Positions 55,616 through 64,000 of a stretch of 64,000 nucleotides of DNA are shown here, one piece after another. This DNA comes from Synergistaceae bacterium. Lineage in GTDB: Bacteria; Synergistota; Synergistia; Synergistales; Aminobacteriaceae. The stretch is from the NCBI GenBank assembly GCA_017439345.1, contig JAFSJJ010000010.1, forward strand, positions 10,442 through 74,441. The letters run 5' to 3'. A program made the position numbers and the translations under genes. A model generated the notes under the pieces. The model was not told where the DNA came from and ran no database searches. It was given only the letters and a program-made list of their open reading frames with translations. How positions within the stretch are numbered: the stretch's first letter is position 1; each line of letters opens with the position of its first letter.

Positions 55616-56533
55616 TTAATTTTCATACTCCCGCAATAATAAACCGTGCCTCAAACCGTTAATACTGACTATGCATTTATCAGCGTTTAACACTTTCAGA
55701 GCTTCATATGCTATGCAGGCACTTCCCAGAATAACATCAGCCCTTGAAGCGGGAAGTCCTATTATATTTTCACGTTCACTCAGCGTTAATGAGGCATAAA
55801 TTCTAATCTGAAGGCTTATATCACGAAGAGTTAATATAGAACCGTGCAGCTTTGACGGCATAAAGTTTTCGCAGGCATTCTTAACGCTTGACATTGCTGC
55901 GACTCCGCCTCCTACTCCGATTATGTGAGAATTATTATTAATTAACGAGAATGAAGCTGTATCATATTCACTAAATAAATTTTTTACGAATTCTAATGCT
56001 TTATCACATGAAGATTTGCTGAAAGGTTTATTATGTTCGTTAAAGAATTTCTCGCAGAGATTAACTGCACCGACCGGGACGCTTATAACTTTTTCAACGC
56101 CCTGAGCTACATTGCCCGAAACAAATTCAGTGCTGCCTCCTCCTGAATCAAACATGATTATATTTCCTGACAAGTCAAAGCCGTCAACAGCTCCCAGCCA
56201 TGAATATTTAGCCTCGTCAATTCCTGATAACACATGAACTTCAAGACCTGTAGAATCTTTCACGAGCTTTAAGAACTCATCAGCATTCTTTGCAGTTCTC
56301 AAGGCCATAGTACCAGCTATGAATATATCGCCTTTAGCATGTTTTATCATTCTACAGACTGCATCACAGGATTTCTTCATACTTTCGGGGCTTAACAATC
56401 CCGTTGAACTCATTCCGCGAGACAATCTTACGACTTCAGTTTCATCATGTATAATGCTGACTTTATTATTATATATTCTCGCAGTCCTCATCTTGATTGA
56501 GTTGCTTCCGATGTCTATTACAGTCCTAATCAT
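55616..56533 (-). CDS. Ppx/GppA-family phosphatase (ASKHA-fold N-terminal module only)
   Basis: Contains IDIGSNSIKM and FDSGGGSTEF. At 305 aa it lacks the HD-type C-terminal domain. Confidence 0.8.
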   Translation of the reverse strand: MIRTVIDIGSNSIKMRTARIYNNKVSIIHDETEVVRLSRGMSSTGLLSPESMKKSCDAVCRMIKHAKGDIFIAGTMALRTAKNADEFLKLVKDSTGLEVHVLSGIDEAKYSWLGAVDGFDLSGNIIMFDSGGGSTEFVSGNVAQGVEKVISVPVGAVNLCEKFFNEHNKPFSKSSCDKALEFVKNLFSEYDTASFSLINNNSHIIGVGGGVAAMSSVKNACENFMPSKLHGSILTLRDISLQIRIYASLTLSERENIIGLPASRADVILGSACIAYEALKVLNADKCIVSINGLRHGLLLREYEN

Positions 56534-57650
56534 TATGCCTTCTCAAGCCTTCTTGAAACACGAAACAGAACGCTGTAGCCGGTATAGTGAACAACAAGCC
56601 CAGGGTACCTGCCACACCTTGAACTATTTCCTGAGCAATATACGGATCATTAAGAACCCCTGAGAGTTCAACGCCCGCAGAGCATATTAACACCGCCATA
56701 GGGAGCGAACTTCCCATGTAAGCAAGTATTAACGTATTAATCATGCTTCCCAGAACTTCAGAGCCTACGTTCAAGCCAGCAAGCAATAATCTATCTAACG
56801 GGATATTTTCATCATAGTCAACGAATTCGGACATTGAAGCAGTAACTGACACACCGACATCAAGAACTGCACCGATTGAGCCTATTAACACACTTGCAAG
56901 CAGCAAGCCCCTCATGTTAAGTTCAGGAATAGTCGAAGCTAACAGCGCAGCCCCTTCACCTGCAAGACCTGATAACTGCCAGATATAGACCATCAAAGCA
57001 CCTGACAGGAAACCGCATAGAACTCCGCCAAGACTTCCCAGCAAAGCAACGAGCATATATCTAAAGTGTCTGACAACGCATAATATAGTTACAGTAGAGA
57101 TTATGAACACCGAAGCCATAGCCAGCCATACAGGAGACCAGCCTTGAGTAATTAACGGAATCATAGTGAAGATTAACACAGCGATTGAAGCTCCGAGTCC
57201 TAATAAAGCAAGAAGCCCCCTTGTTCCTGTAAGAGCAATGAGGATTAAGCAAACTCCCATAACGAAGCCTGCAACATGTGAGACTCTAAATGCGTCAGAG
57301 ATTGAATATTGAGTCCTGCCGTCGTCGAACATGTCCCATACAAGTAAATAACGCCTTCCGGGGATAACTTCCAAGCCGCTCCCTGCAAGCCTTACTGTTT
57401 TGACTGTCATTAACTCTTTATTATGACTGCCTGATAAAATCTGAAGGGTCAACGTGCGTTCAAGGGTCTCATAATTGTCTTCGTCTTCGTTGATATTTTC
57501 ATGTTTAGCTACACTTTCCGGGCCTGCCTCGATGACTTTTACGATTAATGACTCGTTGTTGTTCCAGTTCTTGACAGCGAGATAATCTACAGCGAAATAG
57601 AAGCCTATAGAAATTAACAGAGCAATAAATATTTTCATAAAGAACTTCAT
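56526..57650 (-). CDS. YibE/F-like multi-pass membrane protein
   Basis: Has an N-terminal TM helix plus an extracytoplasmic domain, followed by about 7 TM helices. The family call is by architecture. Confidence 0.55.
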   Translation of the reverse strand: MKFFMKIFIALLISIGFYFAVDYLAVKNWNNNESLIVKVIEAGPESVAKHENINEDEDNYETLERTLTLQILSGSHNKELMTVKTVRLAGSGLEVIPGRRYLLVWDMFDDGRTQYSISDAFRVSHVAGFVMGVCLILIALTGTRGLLALLGLGASIAVLIFTMIPLITQGWSPVWLAMASVFIISTVTILCVVRHFRYMLVALLGSLGGVLCGFLSGALMVYIWQLSGLAGEGAALLASTIPELNMRGLLLASVLIGSIGAVLDVGVSVTASMSEFVDYDENIPLDRLLLAGLNVGSEVLGSMINTLILAYMGSSLPMAVLICSAGVELSGVLNDPYIAQEIVQGVAGTLGLLFTIPATAFCFVFQEGLRRHND

Positions 57651-57652
57651 GA

Positions 57653-58591
57653 TTATAAATCGACCTCCCAGCCTCTTGCTTGTATAAATATTTTCATGTC
57701 TTCAGGTATCGGAGCAGTAAATTTTCTGCCTGCTATTTCACTCAATGAGTCATTAACTTTTTCGGGGAACTCAAGCTGCCATGCATGTAACAACGGACGA
57801 GTTATATTCTTGTTCTCTCGATTAGCAGAGAATGAGCCGTATTTCCTGTCGCCTAAGATAGGATGCTTAATATATGCCATGTGAACGCGTGCTTGATGAG
57901 TCCTTCCCGTCAATAATTCAAGTTTAACGAGTGAAAAATTTTTGTCTCCTGCAATGAATTCGCATTTAGTCATAGCTTTTACGCCTGCATTATCATCAAC
58001 GCGGACTAAATTATTATCAGGATCTTTCACCAATGGAGCGTCAATCAACACATTATCAGGAGCGCGCCCCGTAACTATGGCGAGATAGAATTTGCGAATC
58101 AATCTTTGCTTGAATAACTCTTCCATAGCCCTTAACGAGTCCCCGTGCAATGCAACCGCAAGAACTCCTGTAGTGTTGCGATCAAGTCTGTGAACTGCTG
58201 CAGGTGTCTTAGTTCCTAACACTCCCCATACACGTGAAATAACGCTGTCTCCTCCCGGCTCATCGGGCTGAACGAGCATACCAGAAGGCTTATCGAGAAT
58301 TAAGACGTTATCGCCTTGAAATAAAATTTTTATCTTACCCCATGAAGAGTGCCTGAAGACTCTAGACTCTTTATCAGAATTATTATTATTCAGAGGCCAT
58401 ATGACGCTCAACTCATCGCCTGTGTTTAAGTGAGTCCCCGGTTCCCGCACCCTTTTAGAGTTAATGCGAACATCACCCTTGCGAATAGCCTTCATGATCT
58501 CGCCAAGAGTTACCCATTTGAATAACGAGCGTAAAGTTCTGTCGAGTCTTCTGCCGTCGTTATCCTGATTAATTTTTATAATATAGCTCAC
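57653..58591 (-). CDS. RluA-family pseudouridine synthase with an N-terminal S4 domain
   Basis: Contains RLDRTLRSL...GDVRINSKR (S4 domain), the catalytic HRLDRNTTG motif, and TGRTHQARVH. Confidence 0.88.
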   Translation of the reverse strand: MSYIIKINQDNDGRRLDRTLRSLFKWVTLGEIMKAIRKGDVRINSKRVREPGTHLNTGDELSVIWPLNNNNSDKESRVFRHSSWGKIKILFQGDNVLILDKPSGMLVQPDEPGGDSVISRVWGVLGTKTPAAVHRLDRNTTGVLAVALHGDSLRAMEELFKQRLIRKFYLAIVTGRAPDNVLIDAPLVKDPDNNLVRVDDNAGVKAMTKCEFIAGDKNFSLVKLELLTGRTHQARVHMAYIKHPILGDRKYGSFSANRENKNITRPLLHAWQLEFPEKVNDSLSEIAGRKFTAPIPEDMKIFIQARGWEVDL

Positions 58592-59631
58592 TGAATATCA
58601 ACTCCGCGCCATAGTCTCCGGTCAACGAAGCTCAAATAGTCCGTGAATTCGCTTTGAGTTCCCATAGCGTCAATCTGCGATTTCCAGTAATTTAACTTGA
58701 AGTCCAAATCATCAGCAGCACTTACAATCATAGCTTCAGGAGTGGCAGGCAGGACAGGTGAGCCGAATTCTCTTAATCCGTGATGACTGACTATAATATG
58801 AGCTATTGCGTTAGTTATATTCTCGTCAAGATTTTCACCTTCAGCAAATTTCAGAAACATATTTGAACCCAAAACTATATGTTCCATTATGTTGCCTTTG
58901 ACAGTATTTCTCGGAGTCGTATCAATCGAGTAGCTTTCGAGTTTGCCTATATCATGAAGCAGTGCACCAGCTATGACTATGTTCATGTTGACAGGGACTT
59001 GAAATGCCTCATAGTGTTTAGCAATATCGCGCGCACCTATTGCGACTGAGACGGAATGCTCTAACAATCCTCCGACATAAGCATGATGAAGCAGAGTAGC
59101 AGCCGGCCAAATCTTGAACTTTTCCCAAAGATTATATTTAGTGAAGAAGACTGACAACAGGAAATCATGAATTTCTTTGTGCTTAACTTGTGCGATTAAG
59201 TCTCTGAATTGATCTTCAAGATAAGCTGCATTAACCGGAGAAGTCTTAATAAAACCGCTCGGAGGATACTGCTCTTGATCAAGATAATATACTTCATTGA
59301 AATTATATTGCATTAGGTCTCTGTACTGTCCGACTTTGCCGGCAATGCCTATGCTTTTGCCCTCGAATGTGAGTCCGCAGTTATCCGGGTCAACAGGGAA
59401 CGAGTCTCCGCCCTGCCTGTTAATCCAGCTTGAGTTAGTCCAAATTTTGCCGTCTAAATCTCCTGTCTTGTCGCTTAAAGTCATTTCCCAGAAAGGATTA
59501 TTATTACGGTCAACGCGTCTGGATAATCTTGAAGCCACACCCATAACGTAAAATTCTGCGTCTATTGGAAGCAGCTTCACCTCTCGAATATTAAGAAGTT
59601 TTTTGCTCATGGAAGAAAATTTGCCTTTCAT
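58588..59631 (-). CDS. YhaM-like 3'-5' exoribonuclease (OB fold + HD domain)
   Basis: Has an N-terminal OB-fold region and the HD motifs HHAYVGGLLEHS and LLHDIGK. Confidence 0.75.
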   Translation of the reverse strand: MKGKFSSMSKKLLNIREVKLLPIDAEFYVMGVASRLSRRVDRNNNPFWEMTLSDKTGDLDGKIWTNSSWINRQGGDSFPVDPDNCGLTFEGKSIGIAGKVGQYRDLMQYNFNEVYYLDQEQYPPSGFIKTSPVNAAYLEDQFRDLIAQVKHKEIHDFLLSVFFTKYNLWEKFKIWPAATLLHHAYVGGLLEHSVSVAIGARDIAKHYEAFQVPVNMNIVIAGALLHDIGKLESYSIDTTPRNTVKGNIMEHIVLGSNMFLKFAEGENLDENITNAIAHIIVSHHGLREFGSPVLPATPEAMIVSAADDLDFKLNYWKSQIDAMGTQSEFTDYLSFVDRRLWRGVDIQ

Positions 59632-59740
59632 ATTTTTTGAGTTAATATTATATCAGTGAGTTAATCTGTGATAATGTATTAATATAAAGATATGAATTAC
59701 TAATACAATTACTAATACACAAAGAGAGGCTCAACACGCA

Positions 59741-60262
59741 TTGATACTTTCAGGACTCGAGATACTCAATCACATAGGACGCGAGATTATTATAGACCCT
59801 TTCGACGAGAAGAGACTCAATCCCAACAGCTATAATTTATCGTTACACAATGAATTAATCACATACACCTGCGATGAACTTGACATGAGACACGACAACC
59901 CTACTCAGAGAATATTAATACCGTCTGAAGGCTTTGTGCTGATGCCGGGTAAATTATATCTTGGCCGGACTTGTGAATACACTCGGACTGAAGGTTATAT
60001 CCCAATGTTAGAAGGACGCTCATCAATTGGAAGATTAGGAATATGCATTCATGTTACGGCAGGTTTTGGCGATGTAGGCTTTGCGGGTTACTGGACGCTT
60101 GAATTATTTTGCGTTCAGCCTGTGAGAATTTATGCAGGAGTCCAGATAGCGCAGATCTATTATCACACCATAACAGAGCCTTACGAGAATTATACTAACG
60201 GCAAGTACCAGAACAACACGGGCATTCAAGCGAGCATGTTATATAAAGAATTCCTGCTATAA
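59741..60262 (+). CDS. dcd: dCTP deaminase
   Basis: Uses a TTG start with AGAGAGG upstream. Contains LEGRSSIGRLGI and AGYWTLEL. It is 173 aa. Confidence 0.85.
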   Translation: MILSGLEILNHIGREIIIDPFDEKRLNPNSYNLSLHNELITYTCDELDMRHDNPTQRILIPSEGFVLMPGKLYLGRTCEYTRTEGYIPMLEGRSSIGRLGICIHVTAGFGDVGFAGYWTLELFCVQPVRIYAGVQIAQIYYHTITEPYENYTNGKYQNNTGIQASMLYKEFLL

Positions 60263-60274
60263 TCTTAAGCCATC

Positions 60275-61141
60275 ATGAAAGCAAAAGAACTCGGAATGAT
60301 AGTTAATTTACGCAAGCCCGAAGCTGTCAACACTGCACGGCGTTTACTTGACTGGGGACAGAAGAATAAATGCCCCTTCATGCTGCCTCATCAGGAAGCC
60401 AGCGCACTGACTACAGCAGGACTTGACGATGAACAATGGCTCAAGACGGTAAAACTTGCGCTCGTAGTTGGAGGCGACGGAACTTTTTTACGTGCAGCAA
60501 GATTCGTAATGGGTACAGATATTATTTTGCACGGCGTTAATCTTGGTCATCTTGGATTTCTTGCATCGAGCAGACCTGAAGGAGTCGAACAGGATTTAGA
60601 AAATATATTACATGACAATTTTGATGTCCTCGAACGCAGAGTCTTAACATGTACACTCAAGCACGATAACTCTGCCTCACACAAAATCTACGCTCTTAAT
60701 GATATAGTCTTGAGCTCAAATGCAATAGCAAGGCTTCTTCAAGTCGAGATAAGATTTAACGATAAATTTTTCTGTGTGTTACCAGCTGACGGAGCAATAA
60801 TCTCATCACCTACAGGTTCAACAGCATATGCTCTCTCAGCAGGAGGCCCTATCATTCCCCCTCACATGAATGCAATGTTACTTGTACCAATGTGCGCTCA
60901 CACGTTATATTCAAGACCGTTAATAGCTTCTGATAACGACACTATAACCCTAATCCCCTGCGGAGTGTCTCGAGACTTAATATTGACTCAGGACGGCCAG
61001 CTCGCTTATGAAGTCTTACCTGGCGATAGAATCGATATAAGGCTCTCACGGACAAAGAAGATCAGAACTGTAAATCTAGCAGGCAAAAACTTTCTTGACA
61101 TAGTTCGCGAGAAATTAGGCTGGGGAGTAGCGTTCAGATAA
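60275..61141 (+). CDS. nadK: NAD kinase
   Basis: Contains VVGGDGTFLRAAR, NLGHLGFL, DGAIISSPTGSTAYALSAGGPI. Confidence 0.92.
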   Translation: MKAKELGMIVNLRKPEAVNTARRLLDWGQKNKCPFMLPHQEASALTTAGLDDEQWLKTVKLALVVGGDGTFLRAARFVMGTDIILHGVNLGHLGFLASSRPEGVEQDLENILHDNFDVLERRVLTCTLKHDNSASHKIYALNDIVLSSNAIARLLQVEIRFNDKFFCVLPADGAIISSPTGSTAYALSAGGPIIPPHMNAMLLVPMCAHTLYSRPLIASDNDTITLIPCGVSRDLILTQDGQLAYEVLPGDRIDIRLSRTKKIRTVNLAGKNFLDIVREKLGWGVAFR

Positions 61142-61147
61142 TAAATA

Positions 61148-62722
61148 ATGTTAGAGAAATTATTAATTCACAACATAGGCGGACTTCGTGAAGCTGAACT
61201 TGAATTCACACCGGGACTAAATATAATCACAGGTGAGAGCGGTGCAGGAAAATCAAGCGTAATCAAAGCACTTGAACTCTTAACGGGAAGTCGTGGAGGA
61301 GCGAAATTTATTCGTGCAGGTGAAGAACGCGGCCAAGTCGAAGCAAGATTTACAGGCAGCATAATAACCCGTGAAATTCTCAATACAGGACGCAGCAAAT
61401 CAAAATTAGGAAGCATTAATATCGGCTTGAACGAATGCTCTAAAATCGTGAATGAGTTAATCAGGATTCAGAATCAGTTTGCCCAGATTGAATTACTCGA
61501 CAGCGACAGGCAGCTTGCAATGCTTGACTCATGCATTGATGACCATACTATATTTGAAGAGTTTCATGAAGCCTTTGAACGCGCTAAGACCAGCTCAGGA
61601 GAATTACAAGCCATGAAGAAGCGCAGAGCCGAAATTGAGAAGCAGTACTCTAACGCGAAAGAAATTTTTGATTTGGTCAAGACTGCGAAACCTGAACCTG
61701 GACTCGAAATAAGACTCGAAAATTTATTATCAGATATAACTCACAGGACATCAGAACGCAAACGGGCGAAAACTTCACTTGATTCATTAACAGGCGGACT
61801 GTCAGAACACGGACTAATCGAGAACGCTAAAACATGCTTTGAGAATTTATATGCTTTCATGAACGAAGATGACATTTCACAGGTAAGAGACTCGCTTGAA
61901 AATATAGATAACGTAATGAGAAATATTTCTATCGATGACGAAGAGGGCGGGCTTGCATTACGTGAAGAGACTGAATCAAGACTCGGAGCGTTGCGAAAAT
62001 TAAAGCGTATGAGCAATATTCTTGATGAGAACGAGTTATTAAACTACTGCGATGAAATATCTAATGCCCTTGAATGGCTCGAGAAGAGTTATAGCGAGCT
62101 TGAAAATTTATCAGCACGTTCACTTGATGACAGAAAAGAGGCTCAGGCCCTCGCAATGAGGATCAGGGAATCAAGACAGCATGAAGCCGACATGTTAGCG
62201 CAGAGAGTCAATAATATCCTGTGTGAACTCGCAATGCCGGGAATAAAGTTTATTATCAAGTTGAATTCACTGCAAAAATTAAATCATAACGGAGCAGATG
62301 AGATTGAATTTATATTGCAGGACTCTACTCGTTTGGGTAAGATCGAGAACATAGCTTCAGGCGGTGAACTCAGCAGGCTGTTATTAGCGTTGCAGTTATC
62401 TTTACCTGATGACTTGCTCCCACCTACGATAATATTTGACGAAGCAGCGGCAGGACTCGGGGGACGTGCAGCCACGTTGACGGGGTTGCAGCTCAAGAAG
62501 TTATCGCGAAAGTGTCAAGTTATTCTTGTAACTCATGAGGCTTCAATTGCAGCGTTGGGAGACTCGCATATACTCATTCAGCGCAGTGAATCAGAAACTT
62601 TCATGAAGAATATATCAGGAAATGAAAGAGTCCGGGAGATCGCAAGAATGTTATCAGGGTCGCCGGACTTGAACGAGGCACTTGAACACGCAAGAATTTT
62701 GTTGAAATTACCCCCTGAATGA
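61148..62722 (+). CDS. recN: DNA repair protein RecN (short form, 524 aa)
   Basis: The N-terminal Walker A is ITGESGAGKS. It has a long coiled coil, the C-terminal signature ASGGELSRLLLAL, and the Walker B FDEAAAGLGG. Confidence 0.85.
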   Translation: MLEKLLIHNIGGLREAELEFTPGLNIITGESGAGKSSVIKALELLTGSRGGAKFIRAGEERGQVEARFTGSIITREILNTGRSKSKLGSINIGLNECSKIVNELIRIQNQFAQIELLDSDRQLAMLDSCIDDHTIFEEFHEAFERAKTSSGELQAMKKRRAEIEKQYSNAKEIFDLVKTAKPEPGLEIRLENLLSDITHRTSERKRAKTSLDSLTGGLSEHGLIENAKTCFENLYAFMNEDDISQVRDSLENIDNVMRNISIDDEEGGLALREETESRLGALRKLKRMSNILDENELLNYCDEISNALEWLEKSYSELENLSARSLDDRKEAQALAMRIRESRQHEADMLAQRVNNILCELAMPGIKFIIKLNSLQKLNHNGADEIEFILQDSTRLGKIENIASGGELSRLLLALQLSLPDDLLPPTIIFDEAAAGLGGRAATLTGLQLKKLSRKCQVILVTHEASIAALGDSHILIQRSESETFMKNISGNERVREIARMLSGSPDLNEALEHARILLKLPPE

Positions 62723-62758
62723 AAATTTTTATCTCACACAAGGGGAATTGATTACGTC

Positions 62759-63970
62759 CTAAATTAATTCGTCAGCGAGTTTCATAGCAAGTTCAACGAC
62801 TAAATCAGAGTTATAGTGCTGATGTTCTCCCCAGCGGCCAAGACCGTAGAAATTTTTGCTTCTGCACCATGTCAATAAGTCTTTCATTATTCGGGGCTTG
62901 TCAAGCGTATTCAACGGGTAAGCGTACTTAATCGAGAAGCCTTCGTTATCATTATGACTCAATCTTGCTTCGTTGGTCTCTGTCCAGACTCCATGACTGC
63001 CGAGTAAAACATTATGACGCACGAATATTCTATGATAGTCAAGAGTTAAATCAGGCAAGTAAATCCATTGAGCCGAAGTGTCAATATTTTCTGGTATATA
63101 TTTAACTCTGACTGAAGTATGACGCAAATTTTGAATCGATTCTTTGAGAGCTTCAGGCATAGCTTTTATCCCGCGAAATTCTCTATAAGGTATCGTGTTA
63201 ATAATTATGCTGCCTTGATACTCCGAGCCTTCAAGAGTCCTGACGCATAATGAGTCAAAGTCAATATAATTAACGTGCTGGTTATAAATTATTTTGTCAT
63301 CGAGGGAGCGTGCCATCCTGAGCCATACTTCACCGTAGCCGTAATCTTTAGGGTAAAAGAATTCAGCATGACCGGGCTGCTTAGCGTGGGCTTTTCTCTC
63401 GAGGCATGAACGCAAAGTATCTTCAAAGCTGACTTCGGGCAACTTTTCAAGCCAATACGTGCCTAAGTTATCAAGCTCTTCACCGAACATTTTTATGTTG
63501 TAAGGTATCATGTAATCATTTGCGATTGAGTCTCCAAGTTTCCAGCGAATCCAGTCCGTGAACTTCTCAGGTTTTGGCTTACCGGTGATGCAGCCTGCCT
63601 TTGAGATTGAGCTTAAATATTTTATTTGGTTCTCTAAGTCAAGCTGCCATATATTAGCCTCGAAAGGATGCGAGATTACTTGACCGTTAATATGTATCGT
63701 TGTATCTCGTGTGAAGTGATTCCACTCAGAACGCGGCATGAATTCAAACAGGAATTTCACAACTTCGGGTCTTCTAACGTCGAGAATATGACCGCCTCCG
63801 ATGTCAAGGGCTGAACCGTCAACATTAACAGATCTGCATAAACCGCCTGCTTCGTGTTCAGCTTCGAGAATAATAAAATCGTGTTCGTTATGATTAAGCA
63901 ATCTATGGGCAAATGACAGACCAGAGGGGCCGGCACCGAGAATTAAGTATTTTGCGTTCATGAATTTCAC
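62759..63970 (-). CDS. FAD/NAD(P)-binding oxidoreductase (amine-oxidase / UDP-galactopyranose-mutase-like fold)
   Basis: Has the N-terminal dinucleotide-binding motif YLILGAGPSGLSFAHRL...ILEAEHEAGG. The substrate is unknown. Confidence 0.7.
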   Translation of the reverse strand: MKFMNAKYLILGAGPSGLSFAHRLLNHNEHDFIILEAEHEAGGLCRSVNVDGSALDIGGGHILDVRRPEVVKFLFEFMPRSEWNHFTRDTTIHINGQVISHPFEANIWQLDLENQIKYLSSISKAGCITGKPKPEKFTDWIRWKLGDSIANDYMIPYNIKMFGEELDNLGTYWLEKLPEVSFEDTLRSCLERKAHAKQPGHAEFFYPKDYGYGEVWLRMARSLDDKIIYNQHVNYIDFDSLCVRTLEGSEYQGSIIINTIPYREFRGIKAMPEALKESIQNLRHTSVRVKYIPENIDTSAQWIYLPDLTLDYHRIFVRHNVLLGSHGVWTETNEARLSHNDNEGFSIKYAYPLNTLDKPRIMKDLLTWCRSKNFYGLGRWGEHQHYNSDLVVELAMKLADELI

Positions 63971-64000
63971 CCTATAGCATTAAAGAATAGAATTACAGGA

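Noticed and set aside
59695-59718. A perfect 12-nt tandem duplication, AATTACTAATAC x2, in the divergent yhaM-like/dcd promoter region. GAGTTAAT also occurs twice at about 59639 and 59659.
   Set aside because: These are very short, AT-rich, and plausibly just duplicated -10-like sequence. Nothing indicates a function beyond ordinary promoter DNA.

Overview
This is an AT-rich 64-kb chromosomal window from a diderm bacterium, shown by an RND/MFP/TolC-type efflux operon and an FtsEX-M23 module. The lineage cannot be assigned without a database search; a Synergistota-like low-GC diderm is only a guess. I support about 55 protein genes and found no rRNA, tRNA, CRISPR array, IS element or integrase.

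The housekeeping backbone includes guaA, metF plus a MetH-activation-domain protein, speD, folP, lysC, gyrA, psd-pssA, purA, ctpA, ftsEX, dcd, nadK and recN.

Two blocks look accessory.

(1) 10.8-17.3 kb, between folP and lysC. Two minus-strand cassettes sit in tandem: a start-less GT8 glycosyltransferase and a five-ORF operon led by a dynamin-like GTPase. Each is bounded on the left by a copy of the folP 3' end and on the right by a copy of the same consensus promoter/leader. The GT8 copy of the leader carries a perfect 11-unit heptanucleotide tract that is one unit away from putting an upstream ATG in frame, so it is a candidate phase switch. The operon (dynamin-like GTPase, second compact GTPase, membrane proteins) is my candidate for an undescribed conflict or membrane system.

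(2) 23.0-40.6 kb. This is a tightly packed 13-gene minus-strand operon with two ANL adenylating ligases, a GT2-GH3 fusion, two HxxxD condensation-like acyltransferases, a further GT2, a HAD phosphatase, a type-B carboxylesterase, GalU and a heterodimeric ABC exporter. It has no carrier protein. It does have three STAS domains (one fused to a ligase) and an RsbW/SpoIIAB-like domain fused to the other ligase, which suggests a partner-switching module wired into a glyco/lipo-conjugate pathway.

All family calls come from motif reading by eye. Domain boundaries are approximate and nothing was searched against databases.
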